From: Malacoraja senta
Taxonomy: Eukaryota
Direction: 5' to 3'
DNA: 64,000 nt
Assembly (NCBI GenBank): GCA_038087875.1
Contig: JAXLNO010000473.1
Coordinates: forward strand, 1 to 64,000
The notes under the pieces were generated by a model that was given only the letters and a program-made list of their open reading frames with translations, ran no database searches and had not been told where the DNA came from. Shown here piece by piece: positions 1-12,513 of the stretch (positions within the stretch are counted from its first letter, which is position 1; each line of letters begins with the position of its first letter). A program made the translations under genes and the position numbers.

Positions 1-135
1 AGACGGGATGGAGAGTGAAGGATGGGTAGGGGAGGAGAGAGAGAGTGGGACGGGGAGTGGAGAGAGTGAGAGTTGGGGTCTCGTCTGAAATGATAAATCA
101 AGTTGTCGTAGCCAGGTTAATAAACTGTGCTCAAC

Positions 136-210
136 ATATGATGAGCGTTTATCGCCACTGGGCCTGTACTCACTGGAGTTTAGAATAACGAGGGGGGACC
201 TCATTGAAAC
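136..210 (+). mobile_element. Short CR1 LINE ORF2 C-terminal fragment; related copies near 1735-1810 and 4330-4405
   Basis: Translates as YDERLSPLGLYSLEFRITRGDLIET, matching YEERLDRLGLYSLEFRRLRGDL in the long CR1 near 35120-35190. Confidence 0.75.
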
Positions 211-815
211 AACGTTTAAGAGACATTTCGACAGGAACATGGACCCGTTCGATCCTGACCACGGGCGCTGTCTGTGCAGAGTTTGCACTTTCTCCCCGCG
301 ACCTGCATCGGGCCGGCACGTTGCCTTCCACTCCCCACCCCTCTCCCCCCTCCGTCACTCGCTCGACCTCCCCATCATTCTCCCCCTCTTCCCCCTCCCC
401 ATCTCCCCCCCCCTCTTCCCGTCTCTCTCTCTCTCTCCCCATCTCTACCTCCCTTCCGATCTCTCTCCCTCTCCTCTCTTCCCGTCTCTCTCTCTCTCTC
501 TCCATCTGTCTCTCTCCCTCTCCCGGTTTCTCTCTCTATCTTCCTCAACTCGCCTCTTCCTCTCCCCGCCTCTCTCCCCCGTCTCTCCTTACCTCTTGCC
601 GTCTCTCGCTTGCCCCATCCACGCCTCTCTCTCATCCTCTGCCAATCTCTCTCACCCCATCTCTCTCTACTTCCCCGGTCTCTCTCCCGTCTCTCCCTCC
701 CTCCGTCTCCATCGCTAGACACTTCTCTCTTTCCCCCCTCCCCCCATCTCTCTGTACCTCCCTCCCTGTACCCTCTCTCTCTCCGTCACTTTCTCTCTCC
801 GACTTTTTCCATCAG

Positions 816-862
816 ACACTCCCCCCTTCCTGCTGTGACAAACGCCGAGGCACAGAGCGAGA
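816..862 (+). other. 47-bp exon-like segment, copy 1
   Basis: Pyrimidine tract, then CCGACTTTTTCCATCAG | 47 bp | GTGAGT. Confidence 0.45.
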
Positions 863-1388
863 GTGAGTGACGGGAGAGGCAGAGACAGACGGGGAGGGGG
901 TGGTGAGAGCGACGGGGAGGGAAGGGAGAGAGAGAGAGAGAGAGAGAGGATGGGAGGGGAGGGAGCGAAAGAGATGAGACGGGGAGGGGAGCGAGAGAGA
1001 CAGTGAGGGGAGGGAGGAGAAAGTGACACACGGAGAAAGAGAGGGATAGAGAGGGGAGAAGGAGATGGAGAGGGGAGAGGAGGGAGGGAGATACACGGGA
1101 AGGGAGAGAGAGAGAGACGGAGAGAGAGACACGTGGAGGGAGAGAGAGATAGATGGTGAGGGAGGGAAAGTGAGAGACGGGGAGGGGAGAGAGAGAGGAA
1201 AAGTAAGAGTGACGGGGAGGCGAGGGAGAGAGAGGGGCGAGAAGAGGCGAGGGGGAGGGGGGAGAGAGAGCCCGGGAGGGAGAGGGATAGAGACGGGTAG
1301 GCGAAGGAAAAATACACGGGTAGGGGAGAGAGAGGGAGTCGGGGATGGAGGGAGAGAGAGAGAGTGACGGGGAAGGAGAGAGAGAGAG

Positions 1389-1477
<89 letters not shown>

Positions 1478-1594
1478 AACGGGGGTGGAGAGAGAAGGAT
1501 GTGGAGGGGAGGAGAGAGAGAGAGGGAGAGAGTAGAAGGCCTGGGAGAGTGAGAGAGCGAGACGGGGATTCAAGGAAGTGAGAGATAGGATCTC

Positions 1595-1690
1595 GTCTGA
1601 AGAGCGGTCTCGACCCGAATCATGTCCCATTCCTTCTCCCCAGAAATGATGCATGTCCCGCTGTTCCGCCAGAATTGTGTTTGTCTATGT
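1595..1690 (+). mobile_element. Decayed short repeat carrying a minimal hammerhead-like motif (Penelope-like terminal repeat type); second copy at about 4189-4285
   Basis: CTGAAGA-gcGGTCTCGACCc-GAAT followed by CCCATTCCTTCTCCCCAGAAATG; the GAAA box is mutated to GAAT. Confidence 0.5.
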
Positions 1691-1918
1691 TAATCCAAGT
1701 TATGTCATGCCCAGGTTAATAAACTGTGCTCAACATATGCTGAGCGTTTGTCGGCACTGGGCCTGTACTCACTGAAGTTCAGAAGAACGAGGGGGCACCT
1801 CATTGAAACAACGTTTAAGTGACATTTGGACAGGTACATGGATAAGACAGGTTTAAAGGTATATATCCAGGTGCCCTCTCCTAATTCTCTCATTTACAGG
1901 TGCCCTCCCATATATCCA

Positions 1919-2003
1919 AGTTGCTGCCTCACAGCGTCAGAGACCCGAGTTCGATCCTGACCACGGGCGCTCTCTGTGCAGAGTTTGCACTTTCTCCCCG
2001 CGA
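1919..2003 (+). mobile_element. tRNA-derived SINE head fragment (HE1/V-SINE-like); other fragments at about 241-305, 3889-3921 (+) and 16033-16115, 16672-16703, 17768-17820 (-)
   Basis: GTTGCTGCCTCACAGCGTCAGAGACCCGAGTTCGATCCTGACC contains a B-box (GTTCGATCC), followed by a V-domain-like TGTGCAGAGTTTGCACTTTCTCCCCG. Confidence 0.7.
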
Positions 2004-2049
2004 TCTGCCCCGGGCCGGCACGGTGCCCCCCCCCCCCTCTCCCTAGCCA

Positions 2050-2310
2050 TAGGATATATATTCAAGGTGAAGGGGAAAAGATTGAATAGGAACCTGAGGA
2101 GGTAACTTTTCGACACAGAGGGTGGTGGGTTTTATGGAACAGCTACCGGAAGATGTTCTTGAGGCAGGGATTATCACGACGTTTGGGCAGGTAAATGGAT
2201 AGCACAGGTTTGGAGGGATATGGGCCAAACGCGGGCATGTGGCATAAGTGTAAACGGAGCATGTTGGTCAGTCTGGACAAGTTGACCGAAGGACCTGTTT
2301 CCGTTGTATT
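2050..2310 (+). mobile_element. Decayed CR1 3' end; copies at about 4480-4712 (+) and 13985-14145, 15730-15990, 17460-17710 (-)
   Basis: FTQRVV-like segment (ACACAGAGGGTGGTG), GAGGGATATGGGCCAAA and GAAGG(G/A)CCTGTTTCCGT resemble CR1 3' termini. Confidence 0.7.
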
Positions 2311-2649
2311 ATTTTCCCCAACCCTCTCCGCCCTCCGGCACTCTCTCGATCTCCCCATCATTCTCCCCCTCCCCGTCTCCCCCTCCCTCTCCCCGTCTCT
2401 CACTCTCTCTCTCCCCGTCTCTCCATCCTCCCCATCTCTCCTCTCTTCCCCGTCTCTCCCTCCCTCTCCCAGTCTCTCTCCCTGTCTCTATTTACCCCTC
2501 TCACTGTCCCGTCTCTCTTTCCCTCCCTCCGTCTCCATCTTTCCCCCTTCTCTCTCTCCCGTCTCCCCATCCCTCTCCCGTCTCCATCTCTAGACCATTC
2601 TCTCTCTCTCTTTCTCCCGTCAATTTCTCTCTCTGACTTTTTCTGTCAG

Positions 2650-2696
2650 ACACTCCCTCCTTCCTGCTGCGACAAACGCCGAGACGCAGAGCGAGA
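2650..2696 (+). other. 47-bp exon-like segment, copy 2 (donor reads GCGAGT)
   Basis: CTGACTTTTTCTGTCAG | ACACTCCCTCCTTCCTGCTGCGACAAACGCCGAGACGCAGAGCGAGA | GCGAGT. Confidence 0.45.
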
Positions 2697-3957
2697 GCGA
2701 GTGACGAGGAGAGGGAGGGACAGACGGGGAGTGGGGGGGGGGAGACGGGGAGGGAAAGTGAGAGAGAGAGAGGATGGGAGGGGAGAGGAGGGAGCGAAAG
2801 AGATGAGAAGGGGAGGGGAGGGAGAGACAGAGAAGAGAGGAGAGAGAGGGATACACAGAGAAAGAGAGTGAAAGAGAGGGGAGAGGGAGAGATGGGGAGG
2901 GGAGGGAGGGAGAGAGACGGGGAGAGAGAGACGGGGAGAGAGAGAGATGGTGAGGGAGGGAAAGAGGGAGACTGGGAGGGTGAGAGAGAGAGGAAAAGTA
3001 AGAGAGTGGCGGGGAGGCGAGGGAGAGATGGGGAGGGGAGGGATACAGATAGAGACGGGGAGGGAAAGAGAGGACAAGGACGGTGGGAGAGCGACGGGGA
3101 GCGAAAAGAGAGAGATGGGGAGGGAGCGAGAGTGAGATAGGGAGGGGAGAGAGATGGGGCGGGGAGGGAGAGAGAGAGGGAGAGGGAGGGAGAGAGAGAG
3201 AGATACGGGGAGGGGAGAGGACGGGGAGGGGAAAGAGAGAGATACGGAGACGGGGCAGAGAGACGGGAAAGGGGAGAGATGGAGAGGGAGAGACAGACGG
3301 GAGGGGATGAGATAGACGGGGAGGGAAAAGAGAGAGTGAGAGAGTGTTGGAGGGGAGGGGAGGGAGTGAAAGAGATGAGGGGGAGGGGAGAGAGAGTGAC
3401 ACGGGTAGGGGACCAGAGAGAGAAAGAGACGGGAAGGGGAAAGAGAGAGTGACGGAGACTGGGGAGAGAGACGGGAGAGGGGAGGGAGACAGGGACACGG
3501 ACTCCAACGTCCCACCCACTCCCCTGCCTCCCCTCCTCCCTCCCTCTCTCGGTGGGTGCTGCTGCTAGTTTGGATGTCATTATTGTGTCTGGGATATTTG
3601 ACAATGAAACACACGTGAGTCTTGACCCGCTGCCTCTCTCCCTCTTACCCAGTCTCTCTCCCTCCGCGTTGCTCTCTCTTCCATCCAGTCACTCCACTCT
3701 CTTTCTCCGTCCCCCCCTTCTTTCTCCTTTCTTTCACACTGTCTCTCCCTCCGGAGAAGAACGAGAAGGACCTCATTGATACAACGTTTAGGTCATTTGG
3801 CCAGAGACATTTGGCCAGACATTTAGACAGGTACATGGATAGGACAGGTTTAACGGTATATTTACATGTGCCCTCCCCTAAATCCGAATGGTAGAGTTGC
3901 TCTCACAGCGCTAGAGACCAGGTGGGGAGAGAGATGGGGAGAGAAGGGGTAGAGTGG

Positions 3958-4104
<147 letters not shown>

Positions 4105-5161
4105 GGGAGAGAGAGAGCGAGAGAGTGTGGGAGAGAAAGAGAGAGAGAAAAAAAAACGGGGGTGGAGAGAGGATTGGGAGGGGATCTCGTCTGAAGAACG
4201 GTCTCGACCCGAATTATGTCCCATTCATTCTCCGCAGAAATGCTGCATGTCCCGCTGAATTCCGGCAGAATTGTGTTTGTCTATGTTAATCCAAGTTATG
4301 TCGTGCCCAGGTAAATAAACTGTGCTCAACATATGATGAGCGTTTGTCCGCACTGGGCCTGTACTCACTGAAGTTCAGAAGAACGAGGGGGGAGCTCATT
4401 GAAACTTTTGTACAGGTACATGGATAAGACAGGTTTAAAGGATATATACAGGTGCCCTTCCATAATTCTCTCATTTACAGGGGAAAAGATTTAATAGGAA
4501 CCTGAGGGGTAACTTTTCCACACAGAGGGTGGTGGGTTTTATGGAACAGCTGCCGGAAGATGTTCTTGAGGCAGTGCTTATCACAGCGTTTGGACAGGTA
4601 CCTGGATAGCACAGGTTTGGAGGGATATGGGCCACACGCGGGCAGGTGGGATAAGTGTAAATGGAGCATTGTCAGTGTGAGCAAGTTGACCGAAGGGCCT
4701 GTTTCCGTTGTATTACTTCCACAACCCTCTCCCCCCTCCGTCACTCTCTCGATCTCCCCATCATTCTCCACCTCCTCCACTTCCCCCTCCCCGTCTCTCC
4801 CTCCCTCTCCCCGTTTCTCACTCTCTCTCTCCCAGTCTCTCCCTCCCTCCCCCATCTCTCTCTCTCTCCTCTCTTCCCCGTCTCTCCCTCCCTCTCCTCT
4901 TCTCTCGCTCACCCCATCCATATCTCTCTCTCTCCCTCCCAGTCTCTCTCTCCCCGTCTCTCTCTACTTCCCCCTCTCACCCTCCCGTCTCTCATTCCCT
5001 CCGTCTACATCTTTGGCACCTCTTTCTCTCTCCCGCCTCTCCATCCCTCCCTCCGTCTCCATCTCTAGACCCTTCTCTCTCTCTCTTTCCACTCTGTACC
5101 TCCCTCCCTGCACCCTCTCTCTCTCGCCCCGTCACTTTCTCTCTCTGACTTTTTCTGTCAG

Positions 5162-5208
5162 ACATTCCCTCCTTCCTGCTGCGACAAACGCCGAGACGCA
5201 GAGCGAGA
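5162..5208 (+). other. 47-bp exon-like segment, copy 3
   Basis: CTGACTTTTTCTGTCAG acceptor and GTGAGT donor both intact. Confidence 0.5.
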
Positions 5209-6849
5209 GTGAGTGACGAGGAGAGGGAGAGGCAGACGGTAGGGGGTGAGAGAAACGAGGAGGGTAAAAGAGAGAGAGAGAGAGAGAGAGAGGATTGGAG
5301 GGGAGGGGAGGGGAGGGAGTGAAATAGTTGAGACGGAGATTTTTTTCGACCGAGTTCGAGTACGAGTTCGAGATCGTGTTCGTGTTCGAGCTCGAGTTAA
5401 ATGAATTCATGAATGAATGAATGAATGAATGAATGAATGAATGAATGAATGAATGAATGAATGAATAGGTTTATTGACCAATATTCACGTACAAGAAATT
5501 TGCCTTGGTGCTCCGCCCGTAACTCTAACTCGAGTTCTAGATCTAATTCGAGTTCGAGTTCGAGATACATTTCGAGTTCGAGTTCGAGTTCGAGTTCGAG
5601 TTCGAGTTCGAGATAGATTTCGAGTTCGAGATAGATTTCGAGGTCGACATATATAGATCGAATTCGAGTTCGAGATAGAGTTCGAGTTCTAGATCAAGTT
5701 CGACCGAGCTGGAGTTCGAGTTGAATGAATGAATGAATGAATGAATGAATGAATGAATGAATTTATTGGCCAAGTCTTCACATGCAAGGAATTTGCCTTG
5801 GTGCTCCGCCCGCAAGTCGAAATCCAACTCGAGTTTGCAATAGTTCGAGGTCGAGATGGTGTTCGAGATAGAGTTTGTGTTCGACAGAGAGATCGATATA
5901 TAGTTCGAGATCGAGTTCTAGATCGAGTTCGAGTTCGAGAGAGAGTTCGAGATAGATTTCGAGTTCGAGATAGAGTTCGTGTTCGAGATAGTTCGATGTC
6001 GAGAGAGAGTTGTAGTTCGCGATACAGTTCGAGTTCTAATTCGAGTTCGAGATCGAGATCGAGTTCGAGATCGAGTTCGAGATCGAGTTCGAGTTTAAGT
6101 TCGAGTTCGAGCTCGAGTTCGAGTTGAATGAATGAATGAATGAATGAAGGAATGAATGAATGAATGAATGAATGAATTTATTGGCCGAGTATTCACATAC
6201 AAGGAATTTGCCTTGGTGCTCTGCCCGCAAGTCGAACTCGAACTCGAGTTTGAGATCGAGTTCGAGATGGAGATAGAGTACGACTTCGAGTTCGAGTTCA
6301 AGTTCGAGCTCGAGTTCGAGTTAAATGAATGAATGAATGAATACGTATATTGGGCATGTATTCACATACAAGGAATTTGCCTTGGTGCTCCGCCCGTAAC
6401 TCGAACACGAATTCGAGATCGAATTCGAGATAGATTTCGAGTTCCAGTAGGAGTTCGAGTTCGAGTTAGATTTCGAGTTCGAGATAGAGTTCGAGTTCGA
6501 GTTCGAGTTGAGTTGAATTAATTAATCAATGAATGAATGAAAGAATGAATGAATGAATGAATAAATACATTGATTGGCCAAGTATTCACATACAAGGAAT
6601 TTGCCTCGGTGGTCCGCCAGCAAGTCGAACTCCAACTCGAGTTCGAGATAGTTCGAGATCGTATTCGAGTTCGAATTCGAGTTCGAGATAGAGTGCGAGT
6701 TCGAGAGAAAGTTCGAGAGCGAGTTCGAGATAGAGTGCGAGTTCGAGTTCGAGATCGAGTTCGAGATCGAGTTCGAGTGCGAGAGAAAGTTCGAGAGAGT
6801 GTTCGAGTTCGAGTTCGAGTTCGAGTTCGAGTTCGAGTTCGAGTTCGAG

Positions 6850-7563
6850 TTTATTTTATTTTTATTTTATTTAATTCTTTATTTCGAACAGAATAAAAGA
6901 ATAAAAAGCAAATGTGAAATAGCATACAAAAAAACAAAACAAGAATATTTATAAAGTGTCATAAACAATATCTTTAAATAAATGAAATCGTATGTGTCCG
7001 AAAAGGAGCAGGAAGAAGCCAAAGCTTATTATTTCCCACCCCCTTATTCAACTGCTTATAATTACGTTATACACATTTAGCAGCTATATGTACACCATAT
7101 GTACACCAAATTATTTACATTTATACACTAATCAAATATTTACAAAGCCATACAAAAAAAGAGAGAAAAAAGAAAAAAGAAAAGAAAAAACCCTCATATA
7201 CTATACAGTATCCCTCAGTCATATATACAACCCATAACCCTCATATACAATGCAGTATCCCTTAGTCATATATACAACCCATCACCCTATAATCACCCTT
7301 CCCGATACAATCAGTATAACAAATATCCCACTCACAATCACCTATCCTCATCCTAATATCCTTTAAAAAAAAAGTGTTATTGTACATCTTTTTAAACTGA
7401 ATTATGTTTGTGCTAAGCTTTATCTCCTGTTCCAGACCATTCCACAAATTCACCCCACAGATTGCTATGCACATAATTTTAAGAGTTGTTCTGATATTGT
7501 GTTTTTAAAATATAATTTCCCCTCTCAAATTATACCCACCCTGTCTTTCCATAAACAGATTTT
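6850..7563 (-). mobile_element. L2/Crack-like LINE 3' end
   Basis: ORF end CIAICGVNLWNGLEQEIKLSTNIIQFKKMY, long AT-rich 3' UTR and A-rich tail. Confidence 0.65.
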
Positions 7564-7758
7564 CTCGAGTTCGAGATCAAGTTCGAGCTCGAGTTCGAAT
7601 TGAATGAATGAATGAATGAACACGTTTCTTGGCCTAGTACTCACATACAGGGATGTTGCCTTGGTGCTCCGCCCGCAAGTCGAACTCAAACTCGAGTTCG
7701 AGATAGAGTTCGAGTTCGAGATAGAGTACGATTTCGCGTTCGAGTTAGAGTTTGAGTT

Positions 7759-8596
7759 CAAGAATCAAGAATCAAGAGACATTATTGTCATGTGTCCCTG
7801 ATAGGACAATGAAATTCTTGCTTTGCTTCAGCACAACAGAACATAGTAGGCATTGACTACAAAACAGATCAGTGTGTCCATATACCATTATCTACGTAAA
7901 AAGTACAAATAACAGATAATGGACTATTATTGTTCGGAGTTTTTTCCGAGCCAAGTTTAAAAGGCTGTGGAGAAGTAGCTATTCCTGAACCTGTTCATTG
8001 CAATCTTCAGGGTCCTGTACCTTATACCTGAAGGTAGCTGGGAGATAGGTGTGTGGCCAGGATGGTGTGGTTCCTTGATGATACTGACAGCCTTTTTGAG
8101 GCAGCGACTGCGATAGATCCCCTCGATGGAAGGGAGGTCAGAGCCGATGATGGACTGAGCAGTGTTTATTACTTTTTGTAGTCTTTCCCTCTCCAGGGCG
8201 CTCAAGTTGCCGAACCAAGCCACGGTGCAACCGGTCAGCATGCTCTCTACTGTGCACCTGTAGAAGTTCGAGAGCGTCCTCCTTGACAAACTGACCCTCA
8301 GGAAGTTGAGGCGCTGATGTGCTTTCTTAATAATTGCATCAGTGTTCTCGGACCAGGAAAGATCTTCAGAGATGTGCACGTCCAGGAATTAGAAGCTCTT
8401 GACCCTTTCAACCATCGACCCGTTGATATAAACGGGACTGTGGGTCCCCATCCTACTCCTTCTAAAGTCCACAAACAGTTCCTCGGTTTTGCTGGTGTTG
8501 AGGGCCAAGTTATTGTGCTGGTACCATATGGACAGTTGCTCGATCTCTCTTCTATACTCTGACTCATCCCCATCAGTGATACGTCCCACAACAGTG
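7759..8596 (-). mobile_element. Rex1/Babar LINE 3' fragment
   Basis: [19 protein letters not shown] and HISEDLSW...KKAHQRL...[11 protein letters not shown] motifs; (CTTGATT)n tail. Confidence 0.85.
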
Positions 8597-10409
8597 AGTT
8601 CAAGTTCAAGATAGAGTTCGAGTTCGAGTTCGAGATCGAGTTCGCGTTCGAGATAATTCGAGATGGAGTTCACGTTCGAGATAGAGTTTGAGGTAGAGTT
8701 CGAGAGAGAGAGAGAGAGATAGAGTTCGAGTTCGAGATAACAATGCGAGTTTGAGATAGAGTTCGAGTTCGAGTTCGAGTTCGAGATCGAATTCGCATTC
8801 GAGATAGAGTTCGAATTCGAGAGAGTTCGAGATCGAGTTCGCGTTCGCTTGAGAGTTCGTGATAGAGTTCGAGTTCGAGATAAGGGTTTCAGTTCGATAT
8901 AGTTCGATTTCGAGATAGTTCGTGAAAGAGTTCGAGTTCAATTTCGAGTTGGAGTTGGAGTTGGAGTAGGAGTTCGAGATAGTTCGGGTTTGCGTTCGAG
9001 AGAGAGTTCGAGTTCGAGTTCGAGATAAAGTTCGAGATAGAATTCGTTCGAATTCGAGTTCGAGATAGAGTTGGAGTTCGAGTTGGGGATTGATTTCCAC
9101 ATATAGTTCGAGAGAGTTAGAGTTCGAGAGAGTTCGAGGTCGAGATAGAGTTCCTGAAAGAGTTCGAGATAGTTCGAGTTCAAGTTCGAGTTGGAATTGG
9201 AGTTGGAGTTCGAGTTCGAGTTCGAGTTCGAGTACGAGTTCGTGATAGAGTTTGTCCAAGTTCGAGTTGGAATTGGAGTTGGAGTTCGATAGAGTTCGAG
9301 TTCGAGATATAGTTCGACTTCGAGTTCGAGGACGAGTTCGAGATCGAGTTCGAGATCGAGTTCTAGTTCGAGAGAAAGAGTTCGAGATAGAGTTCGTGAT
9401 ACAGTTAGAGTTCGAATTCGAGTTGAATGAATGAATGGATTTATTGGCCAAGACTTCACATACAAGGAATTTGCCTTGGTGCTCCGCCCGCAAGTCGAAC
9501 TCCAACTCGATTTTGAAATAGAGTTCGAGGTCGAGATGGTGTTCGAGATAGAGTTTGTGTTCGACAGAGAGTTCGATATATAGTTCGAGATCGAGTTCCA
9601 GATCGAGTTCCAGATCGAGTTCGAGTTCGAGATAGAGTTCGAGTTCGAGTTCGAGTTCGAGTTCGAGTTCGAGTTCGAGTTCGAGTTCGAGCTCGAGTTC
9701 GAGTTGAATGAATGAATGAATGAATGAATGAATGAATGAATGGATGAATGAATGAATGAATGAATGAATGAATGAAAGAATTAATGAATGAATGAATTAA
9801 TAAATACATTTATTGGCCAAGTATTCACATACAAGGAATTTGCCCTGATGGTCCGCCAGCAAGTCGAACTCCAACTCGAGTTCGAGATAGAGTTTGTGAT
9901 CGAGTTCAATTTGATGTTGGAGTTGGAGTTGGAGTTCGAGATAGTTCGAGTTCGAGATAGAGTTCGAGTTCAAGAAACAGTTCGAGTTCGAGATCGAGTT
10001 CGCGATAGAGTTCGAGTTCGAGATAGATTTTGATGTCGCGATAGAGTTGGAGTTCGTGATAGAGTTCGAGTTCAATGAATGAATGAATGAATGAATGAAT
10101 GAATGAATGAATGAATGAATGAATGAATGAACGAATGAATGAATGAATGAATGAATGAATGAATGAATGAATGAATGAATGAATGAATGAATACATTTAT
10201 TGGCCAAGTATTCACAAACAAGGAATTTGCTTTGCTGGTCCGCGTATTTGAGTTCGAGTTCGAGTTCGAATTCGAGTTCGAGAAAGAGTGCGAGTTCGAG
10301 AGAAAGTTCGAGAGCGAGTTCGAGTTCGAGATAGAGTGGGAGTTCGAGTTCGAGTTCGAGATAGAGTTCGAGTTCGAGTTCGAGTTCGAGTTCGAGTTCG
10401 AGATAGACC

Positions 10410-11118
10410 TTATTTTATTTTTATTTTATTTAATTCTTTATTTGGAACAGAATAAAAGAATAAAAATGTGTGAAACAGCATACAAAAAAACAAAACAAGA
10501 ATATTTATAAAGTGTCATAAACAATATCTTTAAATAAATGAAATCGTATGTGTCCGAAAAGGAGCAGGAAGAAGCCAAAGCTTATTATTTCCCACCCCCT
10601 TATTCAACTGCTTATAATTACGTTATACACATTTAGCAGCTATATGTACACCATATGTACACCAAATTATTTACATTTATACACTAATCAAATATTTACA
10701 AAGCCATACAAAAAAAGAGAGAAAAAAGAAAAAAGAAAAGAAAAAACCCTCATATACTATACAGTATCCCTCAGTCATATATACAACCCATAACCCTCAT
10801 ATACAATGCAGTACCCCTTAGTCATATATACAACCCATCACCCTATAATCACCCTTCCCGATACAATCGGTATAACAAATATCCCACTCACAATCACCTA
10901 TCCTCATCCCAATATCCTTTAAAAAATGTGGTTTTGTACATCTTTTTAAACTGAATCATGTTTGTGCTAAGCTTTATCTCCTGTTCCAGACCATTCCACA
11001 AATTCACCCCACAGATTGCTATGCACATAATTTTAAGAGATGTTCTGACATTGAGTTTTTTCTAAATTATTTTCCCCTCACAAATTATACCCACCCTGTC
11101 TTTCTATAAACATTTTTT
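10410..11118 (-). mobile_element. L2/Crack-like LINE 3' end, duplicate of 6850-7563
   Basis: Near-identical sequence; identical 81-aa ORF translations at 6992 and 10548. Confidence 0.65.
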
Positions 11119-11333
11119 CTCGAGTTCAAGATCAAGTTCGACCTCGAGTTCGAATTGAATGAATGAATGAATGAATGAATGAATGAATGAATGAACACGT
11201 TTCTAGGCCTAGTACTCACATACAGGGAAGTTGCCTTGGTGCTCCGCCCGCAAGTCCAACTCCAACTCGAGTTCGAGATAGAGTTCTAGTTCGAGATAGA
11301 GAACGAGTTCGCGTTCGAGTTCGAGTTCGAGTT

Positions 11334-12438
11334 CAAGAATCAAGAATCAAGAGAGTTTATTGTCATGTGTCACTGATAGGACAATGAAATTCTTGCTTTG
11401 CTTCAGCACAACAGAACATAGTAGGCATTGACTACAAAACAGATCAGTGTGTCCATATACCATTATCTACGTAAAAAGTACAAATAACAGATAATGGACT
11501 ATTAATGTTCAGAGTTTTTTCCGAGCCAAGTTTAAAAGCCTGATGGCTGTGGGGAAGCAGCTATTCCTGAACCTGGTCATTACAGTCTTCAGGCTCCTGT
11601 ACCTTCTATCTGAAGATGGAAGGGAGGTGAGAGCCGATGATGGACTGGGCTCTCCACTGTGCACCTGTAGAAGTTCGAGAGCGTCCTCCTTGACAAACTG
11701 ACCCTCCGTAATCTTCTCAGGAAGTAGAGGCGCTGATGTGCTTTCTTAATAATTGCATCAGTGTTCTCGGGCCAGGAACGATCTTCAGAGATGTGCACGC
11801 CCAGGAATTGGAAGCTCTTGACCCTTTCAACCATATAAACGGGACTGTGGGTCCCCATCCTACTCCTTCCAAAGTCCACAATCAGTTCCTCGGTTTTGCT
11901 GGTGTTGAGGGCCAGGTTATTGTGCTGGCACCATATGGAGAGTCGCTCGATCTCTCTTCTATACTCTGACTCATCCCCATCAGTGATACGTTCCACAACA
12001 GTGGTGTCGTCAGCGAATTTGATGATGGAGTTCGCACTATGAGTGGCTACGCAGTAATGAGTATAGAGTGAGTACAGTAGGGGGCTGAGCACGCAGCCTT
12101 GAGGTGCTCCCGTGCTGATTGTTATCGAGTCTGGCACATTTCCACCAATACGAACAGACTGTGGTCTGAGAGTGAGGAAGTCGAGGATCCAATTGCAGAG
12201 AGATGATTGTATTAAATGCCGAGCTGTAATCAATGAATAACAGCCTGACATATGAGTTTTTGTTGTCCAAGTAGTCCAGAGCTGAGTGGAGGGCCAGAGA
12301 GATCGCATCCACCGTTGATCTGTTGCGGCGGTAATCGAACTGCAGTGGGTCCAGGTTTTTGTCGAGGTAGGAGTTGATTTGCGCCATGATCAACCACTCA
12401 AAGCACGTCACCACCACAGACGTTAGTGCCACTGGTCG
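11334..12438 (-). mobile_element. Rex1/Babar LINE fragment with internal deletions
   Basis: [39 protein letters not shown] and KFADDTT RT motifs; same tail and junction as 7759. Confidence 0.9.
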
Positions 12439-12444
12439 AGAGAA

Positions 12445-12513
12445 TAACTCAGCAGGATGACAGCATCTCTGGAGAGAAGGAATGGGTGACGTTTCGGGTC
12501 GAGACCCTTCTGA
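12445..12513 (-). mobile_element. Hammerhead-motif short repeat (Penelope-like type); another decayed copy at about 16376-16445 (-)
   Basis: Minus strand reads CTGTCAGAAGGGTCTCGACCCGAAACGTCACCCATTCCTTCTCTCCAGAGATGCTG. Confidence 0.55.

Larger units (their letters stand above)
5345..11333 (-). repeat. Composite satellite block A: (GAGTTC)n on the + strand, with (GAAT)n and about 10 core copies; interrupted by LINE fragments
   Basis: Core TTTATTGGCCAAGTATTCACATACAAGGAATTTGCCTTGGTGCTCCGCCCG or a variant near 5470, 5760, 6178, 6345, 6570, 7625, 9440, 9810, 10195 and 11200. Confidence 0.95.

Noticed and set aside
241..305. tRNA gene suggested by GTTCGATCC
   Set aside because: No cloverleaf can be formed; the sequence continues into SINE body.
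5345..11333. GAGTTC/GAGTTA hexamers as telomeric repeats
   Set aside because: The vertebrate telomere repeat is TTAGGG, and no such array is present.
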